Below, piece by piece: positions 53,873-64,000 of a stretch of 64,000 bases of DNA; within the stretch, counting starts at the first letter, position 1, and each line of letters opens with the position of its first letter. The position numbers were made by a program, and so were the translations under genes. This DNA is from Octopus sinensis (taxonomy: Eukaryota), in assembly GCF_006345805.1 (NCBI RefSeq), contig NC_043005.1, positions 103,354,001 through 103,418,000 on the forward strand, in the 5' to 3' direction. The notes under the pieces were generated by a model. The model saw only the letters and a list, made by a program, of their open reading frames with translations, ran no database searches and was not told the origin of the DNA.

Positions 53873-55244
53873 CATACATACATACATCTTTGCTTCATTC
53901 TAACAAGATATTCTGAAAATGATATGAAAACAGCACAAACATGAAAATGCTAATTTTATTAAATAAAACACTTTCACTTTATTAACTTCTCTGTTGATTA
54001 CTTTCTATTCAGTAGGGGCATACGTATATATGTAAGAAATGTATTTATATAACGGTGTGGATGTGTACGTGTGTGTATGTCTGTGTATGTTGGTTAGCCT
54101 AACTCAGAGCGAAACTCTGAGTAGGCAATCTTTTTTTTTCGTATAATAAACATTTATTTCCATTCTACCCAGCCTATTGAATTCCATATCAATGTTTAAA
54201 CTAAGTAAAATATATATTATTTTTTTATATAATTTACAACTGTTACCTTAAGATATATGTGTGTATGTAAGTGTATTCATGCATGCATGCTCTTATATAT
54301 GCGTGTGCTGGGATGATGTTAACTAACCACGCATAAACCACATATACCTAAGTACGTGTGTTTATGCTTTCATGCTTAGTTCGTCAAAGAAGTAAATATA
54401 AACACTCGCATATTCAGACTTTGATACATACATACGAACATACATACCCACATGCACATATATATATATCATGCACACACATTAACATTCACATACATTT
54501 CCCACATTATACCTTCGTTTCACATTCTTCAAAGACATACACAAAAGCTACTAAGCAACCAAAAACTGGAAACCTACGCACCAAAGTTTACCTGAATGAC
54601 GTCATCGCTGTTGGAGACGCAGCTAAGGACATTGCCTTGTCATGAAGCTATGGAAACGGAACATGGAGGAATGATGTTATCAAAGACAACTGCATCAATA
54701 GAATTGTCTCCTGTCTATAGATTAGAAACAGATAAAAACTGAAAATCAGAAAACATCAAATAAATAACAAACCAATAAATTATGGTGGTATGCAGATCCG
54801 TGATCAGAATGTTCAAATATATTTTTATTTCGGAACAAATCTAATTAAAATTTTGTAGAAAAAATGGACGTCTGAGAGAGTACAAGCATGGCTAGGTGGT
54901 CGACGAACCTGGAAATTTGTTACAGAGGTTGAGAGTTCTTATCTTTTTAATAGAAGTAATTTTTATTCTGGGCCCCACAAACCTTACAGTAGATATCAAT
55001 TACGCACAGTTAGCACTGTGTAGATGACATAGTTCATTGCTGTTTATCTGAAAGCTAAACAGGATGTCGTTCGACCTACAAGAAAAAGCAGCAAAACTTT
55101 CCTCAAATAACACATTGACTCGTAAAATATAGAACTGCCTTAGATTGATAAAGCCTTGATATAACAAAATAATTGGATAGACACACCTGAACTGCTATCG
55201 TTCATACCTTTGACTAGGGTCAAATAAATAACAACAAATATCAT

Positions 55245-55375
55245 TTTCTACTCTAGGCAAAACGCTTGAAATTTTAGGGGAGGAGGCCAGTCGATTAGAT
55301 CGACTCCATTACGCAACTGGTACTTAATTTATTCATTCCGAAAGAATGAAAGACAAAGTCGAGCTCGGCGGAAAT
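55245..55375 (-). mobile_element. SINE family 2-related partial copy with the alternative tail
   Basis: Central block GCAACTGGTACTTAATTT..GAAAGAATGAAAGACAAAGTCGA; tail like that at 15620-15675. Confidence 0.7.
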
Positions 55376-55944
55376 AACGACAAATATCATTTACGTAATT
55401 CTGAACAAGAATCACAGTAAGGTGCAGTTGTTTTAGTTATAGGTCCTATAGTAATGTTGATGTACGTTCCTTCCCGATATAATTAATTAAGGTTCATTGT
55501 GTGTATATCACTTCTACAATGTTTAAAATGTAATTTAAATAAAAAGAATCCTGCAGACGTTAGCATATTTTACGTCTGCAAAAGAACATTTGAAGTAGAT
55601 GCACGAGACGTTAAATGCTTTCACATCCTACGGCAAAGAGTACGCTTGGTGAACTCTTCCGTGAGCTCTTCTAAAATGCTTGCTTGCAATCCATTGAATT
55701 CTTAGTTCAAATTGTCCAGCTTGACGTAACCTGCATGGAATATGTGGGTCAGAACGTCACGACACGTTACCAATCAACGTATAGAAAAGGACCGAAGGGC
55801 AAATGGCCAGTCTGTAATCTACCCACCGGGGAAATTTTCTCCTTTCATTCTTATTGGCATTACTTTAAGGGTAGGAGCTACTTTTTGATTCACCTCCATG
55901 TAAATATTTTTCTTTCCATCATGTGAACTCATGCACTCAATCAA

Positions 55945-56248
55945 TGTTTGTTCCTTCTCGAGCCCTCCCGGGCTCATAAGGGCCGGTTTCCCGGTTTCCT
56001 TGGCGTATACATTCCCCACCTGGACGCGACGCCGGTCCGTCGCAAGTGAGCTGCAAGATGCAGGAGGAAAGAGTCAGAGAAAGTTGTGGCGAAAGAGTCA
56101 GCAGAAGTTTCGCCATTACCTTCTGCCGGAGCTGCGTGAAGCTTAGGTGTTTCGCTCATAAACACACACATTATCCGGTCTGAGATTCGAACCCGCCATC
56201 CCTCGACCGCGAGTCCACTTCTCTAACCACTAGGCCATCTGCTTCCAC
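55945..56248 (-). mobile_element. tRNA-derived SINE with a V-domain-like block
   Basis: Minus-strand head TGGCCTAGTGGTTAGAG..GGCGGGTTCGAATCTC; GCGACGGACCGGCGTCGCGTCCAGG resembles the V-SINE central motif (recalled, not searched). Confidence 0.65.
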
Positions 56249-56252
56249 TATA

Positions 56253-56355
56253 AAGTCGACTTCGGCGGAATTTGAACTCAGAACGTGAAGAGCCGGAGGA
56301 AGTACCTCGATGCGGTTTGCCCGGTGTGCTCACGATTCTGCCCCGCTCGCTGCCA
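56253..56355 (-). mobile_element. SINE family 2-related head fragment
   Basis: AAAGTCGACTTCGGCGGAATTTGAACTCAGAACGT. Confidence 0.6.
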
Positions 56356-59300
56356 CTCAATCAATGGTCGTATATAGAAATGAGATAAACCTAAATCAGA
56401 TTTCACTTGGTTTACACGCTTGCCGAGTACTGAGATCGATTTTTGCTGGTGGGATTATACTCGTATCGATAAGCCAAAAAATAACAAGTCGATTCCTAAA
56501 AGGGGCATCTGTGTCGTTACTCCAAATAGAAAACAAATCCCCTTCCTATCATATCCAATATTTTCAAAAAGGTAAAAGAGGACAGGCTCACTGGATAAGA
56601 AGGTTTTGATACGAAAATCTCAAGGTAAGAAGAATGTGGTCACAACGGCAAATCTATCCGCCATGCATCCAATAACAACAGCAACAACAACAACTCCATT
56701 GGTACAGCTTCTATTTGCTGCACTAAATTATAGCACAGCTGCCGGCTACTTACAGATAAATGAACTCCGCAGCAATGGTGTCACAATAAAAAACATTCTC
56801 TTTTAAAATCACTATGGCCTGCACCAATATCAACATACATACGTATATATACATATACACTGAACCGCAAAAGAAAGGCGAGTTTTTGAAACGTCATTTT
56901 TACATGGTAAATTCTCAGCTCTCTCGCAGAATATGCTAATGATATTAGCTATTTGACTTATAGTCAATTTCCTGTTATCCATCACCGGGTGGTGAACACG
57001 CTCAGTGTTTCCCTTATTGGTGGAAGCTGCAGGGTATCCAGACCTTGGGCCATCTTCAAAACACTCTCTTCCCCTTCTAAATTAAAGTGCTCACGTTTAC
57101 ATTGTTAATAAGGCTGGAGCATCTTTCTCTGATATAGCAAGTATGTGGTGGATGATTGTTTTTGAGGGCTAAACTCTTTTTGTCCATTTGATACACTACG
57201 ATGCTGAATTGAGTCGCTACTAATTAGTTTTGAAGTCTTCATTGAACAGCCAGATGTCGGTTTATCTGAAAAACAATATTTTTCTGTAATTTTGTAAATA
57301 TATCTATTAAAATGAGATGTCAGTGTTATTTTCACTTTTTCCTAATTTAGACGACAGTTAATTCGCCGCACCCTGGCCTTCGTTTGGTGGACAAAATTCT
57401 TCTGCTCTGAAGGGTTCGTTTGCGAGGAGATTTAAATAGGAAAGTAAAGACACCATCTATAAACTGCCGAGAAGTGAAAAAGAAAACAAAAGGCCCGTAT
57501 GTTATTGTTGTTGGAAATATATCGTATCGAGACATTCTTAGACTCGAGACTTCGTCCAAATTCTTCTAACGGCTGTTCTCATGCTAAAAGTGGAGTTGAT
57601 GAATATATGGTGGCTGTTTGTGGTGCTGGTGGGGATGGCAGCGGCCGTGAAAAGGGCGGTGGTCATGGCAGCCATGGTGGTAGTTTTAAAAGGCATGACG
57701 GTTTAACTTGGTATCCAAACGTGTTTTAGCAGTGTGTATTTCATATTCGGTTATACTGGTAAGAAGAACCAATTTGAGACAACAAAACACACAGATGTGT
57801 TCCCGTCAGTCCATTCATCACACATTAATTATCCACTGAAACAAAGTTTAGCAAACGACCGTGTTTGCTCACGTGGTATACTCGAATGAACAAACAATTC
57901 TCTATATTACATCTTACTGACTTAAAATGGGAAAGAGAATGTATTTAGAATAATGATGTATAATTTTTTTTTTATTCAAAATATTGCTTCGTTTGTTTTT
58001 TAAATGAGATTGTCACGGTTGGCCTACCTTTTACTATAGATCTATTTCATCGTTACCTGCGATGCGGGTGCTATTAATTAGTAACAACTGAATCAAATTT
58101 ATTTAATATATCACCAGGATGTGTTTTATTCGAAGCTGAGGGTTTATATTGACCAGATTTCATTCATTTTCTATATTGTTGAACTATGAACGTTCGCTAT
58201 TTTAAATCTGAATTTTATCAGTATTCAATCTTAGTTGAATCCATGGCTGAATTCACCACAGACGCATGAAGAATGAACATGTAATATACTGTAATAGGTT
58301 CGTTGTTGTTGATGATGTCGTTGTTGTTGTCATTGACGTCGTCGTCGCCGTTGTCGTTGCTGTTGTTCTTCTTGTTTTCGTTGTTTAACTTCAGATCTAC
58401 CATCATTGAGTAGACTCGTGTTTAAAAGCATCGTAGCTATTATTAACCCCTCTCTTTCCTGACAGAGCCCCAAATGTACTATGCCAGAAACTAGGGTAGA
58501 ATCTCATAAAAGCACATACTGCATTGACCATTGGTCATGTTGCTGTCCCTTTAGAAGCCATTTTATTCCCACTTTAACCTGATGAAACGTATACCAGTAA
58601 TATAATTTTATATAACGCTGTTTTTATGTTTGTTGAATAATAAAAAGTTGTCGCTTTTAACTACTCCTATGCCTAAGGTAGTCTCTTATTGTTCCTCCTT
58701 AAGCTAAGCTCAGTCAAAAGTAACCAGCTTAGCTAACATTATCAATAAATACTCTCAACTTCAGAGTTACAGCAGGAAAAAGAAAATACATTTAATGGAT
58801 TATTTTCCCTAATGATTTTTTCGCTTTCTCTCTGTCTCTTTTTGTATCTGTCACTCACTCTCTCCCTTTCTATATATTCATCACTACCTCTATCTGTCAT
58901 TATATATTTCGTTTATGTTTTATAATGTTTCTATAATATATTGCTGCTTAATAGCTTTTCCCTGATGAAAGAAACATTTTGCTTTCAGAAGAAAAAATAT
59001 AAAATGACATTAAACAAAAAAAAAGAGAATAGCATTAAAAAGGAAAAAAATACCAGAATCAGAAATTATCAACAGTAAAAAAATTAATATAGTACAGAGA
59101 AATGAAAACACTCAAAATAATTTTTCAAAGAATCAAAAAGAAACAGATAGAAATCAAAACGAAATAGTCAGTTTTCAACATTAGTTTGTTGTTAATACAG
59201 TTATTATCTGCTGGCAGTTTATCTGATCAATATAACTGTCTTTAGGCAGCCATTTTAGAATGACTGTCGATATCACATAAAATTGATGTCTGATGTATTC

Positions 59301-60689
59301 TTAAGCGGTTTTAATTCAATGTAGTTAAGTGTCTTTTAGTGTCGTTTATACAGGCAGTAATAATTTAGTTGTTGTGACAGTGGAACAAATATACCTGAGT
59401 GAGTTGAAGATTTCCATTTTTAAAAAATTAATCAAGGAGGAAGCGAACAGTACTCCTGACCTTCATAGACCCTTTCATACTTGTGAGATTCATTGAGCTG
59501 AAACTTTCTAAAGTAGATGTAAGACCTTGATAATTCTATCGTGGGCGCATATTTTTACGTATATAAAAACATGAAATCCATAGGAGAAAACGATTTATTG
59601 ATATCAATCTTGGCTCCAGCAAAATCTCTACTGGCAATAACAAGGATTGTAGTTGCATTCCCATCAATTTTACAGTGCTGCTGCTATTGCTACTACAACT
59701 ACTACTGCTGTTGCTCTTTGAAGTGATCCGCCATTTCAACCAGAGTACATGTGATGATTGAGATGGCTGTCCTGTGTATGGCCGGTTATTTAACATAAGC
59801 CGGTTGGTTATTTTTAAATATCACATTTAAGTAATCATCAACATCTTGCCTCATGTTGATCTCCCTCTTGTGCTGCCACATGTAATTACTGATCTGTTAC
59901 CACCATAGAGCATCGTGTTGCCCCATTTTGCCCTTAAGTGTTATTGGAGTTTACTCTATGGAATACAGAATTTTGATTCTCTGTCCAACCATGTCTATTC
60001 TACAGGCATTGATTTGCAGATATTTTGACTGGGCATCAACTGCTTCAAGCCATTTTAAGTAAACTTGCAAAGTTTATGAGTACTGACCTCCATTTTTTTT
60101 TTGGGGGGGGGGCTAACCTATAACGAAATAATGACAAAGAATGAGCGCAATTCGATGAACACAACCTCATTCAGAAGTGATTAATTAAGGAGTACGAATT
60201 GCTTACTCCTCGACACTGAAACCGTTCACAAATCACAGCTACAATCTGGCCCAATTCATTTACAATTATGCAGTGAAAGACGTTAAAGATGTATGGATGA
60301 ATGATTTTGAAATTTGATGGCACAAATATAGGCACGTAAAAAATAAGAATCATGATAAAATACACAATAACTAGAATAAGATATCAAAGGGAGAATATTG
60401 TGAAAAATTAGATTTCAAGGATTCAACATCTCTGATATCTCTAACTGCCTTGATGGCGGACGAAGAACTGTGATTTACGTCCTTCGATAAGCAAGCAAAC
60501 AAGTTATCAATATAAGCACGCATTTATGATGCCATGAATTTCTCAGTGAACTTAAAAATAACGCAGCTGTGGTTAGGTTTGGGACATTGTTAATATGCAA
60601 AAGATAGCTTGTTAGTGAAAAACAAAACAACTAAAATTGCGACATTTTAAGGAACAACGACAAAATGATTCCTTCTAATTTTGGCACCT

Positions 60690-60875
60690 GGTCAATAATT
60701 TTAAGGGTGGAGAAGTCGATTCTATTGGGATCAAATACCGAACGGATACTTATTTTAATGACCTCGGAAGGATGAAAGGCAAAGGTAAACTCGGCAGCAT
60801 TTGAACTCAGATCTAAGAGAAGTCTGAAGAAATGCTAAGCATTTTGTCTTTGCGCAGTAACAATCTTGCCAGTTC
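60690..60875 (-). mobile_element. Degraded SINE family 2-related copy
   Basis: GACCTCGGAAGGATGAAAGGCAAAG..ACTCGGCAGCATTTGAACTCAGA. Confidence 0.6.
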
Positions 60876-61079
60876 CTGATAATGATGATAGATTTCTTTA
60901 TTTACCAAATGTGTGTCAGATGAGTTGACATTTCACGAACATATTTCGAAAAGTTAGGAATTCTATGGAACTAATTACCAAAAAGAAAAAAAAGAGAGAA
61001 AACAACAGCATGTGAATGTGAAGCCAATGAAATGGCCCAATAAGGATTACTTTGATTACCAAAGCCATGAGTAATGCAA

Positions 61080-61850
61080 CTCTTCCAGGTGTATTCCTGA
61101 GGTAACAGATACATAGAGAGAATAGACACATTTATATGTGCTACGCCTGATAATCTCACCTAAACATTCGCCAAATTTCTCTATAATTCTGCTCAAAGCA
61201 AATCATGAACAAATCGATGAGTGTTGGGCCGAACAAGAAAGTATCTGTCCTCAGGTCTTTCAATGTTGTCCACAATACAAACTCTTTCACCATAGCCAGT
61301 CGACATAGGATTGGGGCCAAAGGGAGGATAAAGTATAAAAGAATAAGGGGACTGCGTCATGATTTGAATGCCAAACGAAATTTGAAGGAACATTACCAAA
61401 TGCCACAAGCAATTTTCTCTCTTTGGCATTCTTTCAATACTGCTTTTACACAATCTAAAATATTGGTTACTGAGTAATAACAATCACCTCTCTTTCATAA
61501 ACAATATTATCTAGTACATTACCTAAAAGATCGATTATATGAATGGGTGTATATATGATATAAGCGGCTGTATGTTTCTAAGTGTAACTCTGAACAGCAT
61601 TGAAAGTGGTTATATGTGTCTAGAAAGATATGATATCAATCTCTTCCTTCGACAACCCAAATGGATGAAATCAAAAGACAGCGAAAAATTGCAGATTTTG
61701 AAACAACCTGAAGCTTTCTTAATCGGAGATGAGAAGTATCGGCCAACTACCTCTATTAGTGAGGATTCCTACTTTTCAAATCTTTCAGGATCCCTAAATC
61801 TCTTGACGGAAGGCAAATATATCTGGGATGTCCAACTGCTGGTTTCCCAT
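61080..61850 (-). mobile_element. Old, degraded Tx1 ORF2 3' fragment of the same superfamily
   Basis: Hand translation LAMVKEFVLWTTLKDLRTDTFLFGPTLIDLF aligns with VAMVKECVWWTRAKGLETNTYLSGQSLINFF. Downstream NVSILSMYL resembles NETILSMIL; upstream HLRLRKL resembles ALRLRHL. Confidence 0.65.
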
Positions 61851-61868
61851 AAATATAATTTGCACTGA

Positions 61869-63470
61869 TAAAGATTATCGAATTCTTTATTTGAACATTG
61901 ATAATCCTTGTCCTTTTTCTTTTCATTTGTAGATTGTTCTCACTTTTAGATTGTTCTCTCGAGTTTGTTAGTAGAGAAGATATAATGCTTTCTCCGACTG
62001 TGCATAAAAATGCATTCGTATAGAAACCTATACACACATATGCATACAAATATAAATACACATACACGCACTCATCATGTACATATACATACTTCTATCT
62101 ATTTGCGTGTTTCTGAATATGTGTGTACTCATTTTTACAGTCCACTAAAATATATACATAAAGGAGATTTGGTGTTAAAAGGTAAAAGAAGAAATATTAT
62201 CGTTTGCTAACATTTTTGAGCGGTGATTGTTGTGCTTTTTTCAGGTTCCTGAAATATTCTACAACACAAACATAAAGAATGAAGCTAGAAACCCACAATG
62301 GATAGGCATAATTTTTAATCTAAAGCAGGCTCTATTTTCTAACAAATGATACTTTGATAAGACATCAACATCAAACATTCTGCGAAATCATATCAATTTC
62401 TCTTCTTTCTTCTCCCAAGACAAAGCAGAAAACCAAAAATCCTAAGGATAAAAAGAATTTAATATGTTGGCAAAGAAAAGTGTCTGTTTCATGATGAAGC
62501 GTACATGTCACAAAGATAGAGAGCAGAAGCAAAGAAAAACAAAAGAATTTTTTCTCATTTCGCCAAAGCACATACTACCACTAAGACTCAAAGTAAAATA
62601 AAACAACATTTTGTTATATTCCTTTCAGAATGATAAAATGAACGAATCCTTATCTGAGTCATGCGCAACTTTTGTCTTGCAATTTATATACGTCACGTGC
62701 AATACTGTATTCGATTTTGACACTGGAAGCCATGTTTTTATGCAGGACTTTTTGGCGATTTATTACCGATATTTTCCGGTCGATTCTCAGTCGTTATTAA
62801 ATATATAATCGAAGTAGGATATAAATCATACATCACCAAGCACAGTAGAAACAGCTTTATTGCTGCAGCAGCTGTTCTAATAGGCTTTTTCCACTCACTT
62901 TTTCTGCTACAAACTGCGGCACATTAGATGTTCAACTAGAAACTGCGGAAGACCATACATTATTTCAGAACGCAGTACACATTAAGGTACAAACAGCGGT
63001 ATACTAAATATTATTACCAAAGAACGACATCACACATTTCACGGCAAACAGCTTCCCACCACACTGTCAATTAGCACACCACATATTCGGTTAGAACGTG
63101 TGAAACACCACACAATATGCGAGAGTGTGGTACCCATTGCGATAACATGAGGAACAGCAACAAATCATACAAACAACCGCAAAATGCGGTACACTTCTAG
63201 ATCAAGCAGAAACAGTGGAAGATAAAATATTTATGGGGAAATAACGGGATTCACACTTTGAAGCACACCGTGCATTACACTACAGATCTGGTAACAAATT
63301 ACAGTTAGCTACATACACCATTTTTGAACAATATAGATATTAAACCATGAAGATTATCGAATTCTTTATTTGAATATTGATAATCCTTGTCCTTTTTCTT
63401 TTCATTTTTAGATTGTTCTCACTTTTTAGCTCTCCAGTTTGTTAGTAGAGAAGATATAATGCTCTTCTCA
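61869..63470. repeat. Dispersed ~120-bp direct repeat (61869-61990 and 63347-63470)
   Basis: AAGATTATCGAATTCTTTATTTGAA.ATTGATAATCCTTGTCCTTTTTCTTTTCATTT.TAGATTGTTCTCAC is present twice. Confidence 0.85.
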
Positions 63471-64000
63471 ATAGTATTAGCATGTATAGAGCTTACTTCG
63501 CATAACGCCATTCAATATAAACTACTTTTCTGTTATTCTCCATTAATACACTAGACTAAAACAGCTTTAACTCTCTTGTCGCACACATAGCATTGCTATA
63601 TGCTTAAGAAGATATATTCGTAATTATATGGTTTGGGGTTCAATACAATTACGCAGCACCTTAAACAATTGTTTTATTTACAATATTTTCAGGATGCTCA
63701 TAGTATTGTTAGAGAAATATTCAACGAAAAATCGAAGAAAGTTTGTCGGGAAGATCGTTCACGTTCGTTTATTCTTCGGTTTGTACATTTAATCTATCGT
63801 CCACTTCAATGCATCTATCAGGTTCTTCGGTGCTTTTAGTTGTGTCCAGTATCTGTTACGAATTTATGCCAGGTTTGCATTTTGAAGCGAACAAACTTAC
63901 TTTAAATCATATATCGAAGTTACTGGAAAGATTAGAGGGCGCTGCATGTCTCAGAAACTTAAAGCAATTGTTTGCAGGGAAAAAGACCAAACTGCATATT

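Noticed and set aside
57347-57729. ORFs 57347..57559 and 57499..57729 as host exons
   Set aside because: No recognisable domain, no convincing paired splice sites, and partly low-complexity GGT/GGC sequence.
61193-61483. ORF with PFG...GYGERVC resembling a P450 heme motif
   Set aside because: The spacing does not fit FxxGxRxCxG, and another frame of the same DNA aligns well with the Tx1 ORF2 C-terminus.

Overview
AT-rich, microsatellite-dense eukaryotic non-coding DNA. The repeat repertoire resembles a cephalopod/octopus-type genome (inference, not verified). No host protein-coding gene is recognisable, and most ORF-track entries are translations of (TA)n, (TG)n, (GATA)n or (TAA)n repeats. 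The dominant signal is a family of Tx1/L1-clade non-LTR retrotransposons (CCHC ORF1; APE endonuclease + RT + C-terminal CCHC ORF2). Five copies from about four subfamilies all sit inside (GATA)n arrays, in one orientation, without poly(A), stacked head-to-tail in two clusters (18.6-30.9 kb and 39.0-44.1 kb). One copy is full length (23607-29725), one keeps both ends but has an internal deletion, and three are 5'-truncated at different points yet are still bounded by GATA repeats on both sides. This points to a (GATA)n/(TATC)n-targeting Tx1 lineage that I do not recall being described. An abundant tRNA-derived SINE in the window ends with the same ~45-nt 3' terminus as these Tx1 elements, suggesting a SINE/Tx1 partnership. 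Also present: an R4/Dong-like RLE element in a (TAA)n array, non-autonomous Helitrons, Penelope-like remnants with degenerate minimal hammerhead cores, hAT and RTE fragments, a 62-bp palindrome, a ~1.2-kb tandem duplication that looks like an assembly artefact, and weak candidate micro-exons of a + strand host gene. Coordinates were read by hand and may be off by a few bases.
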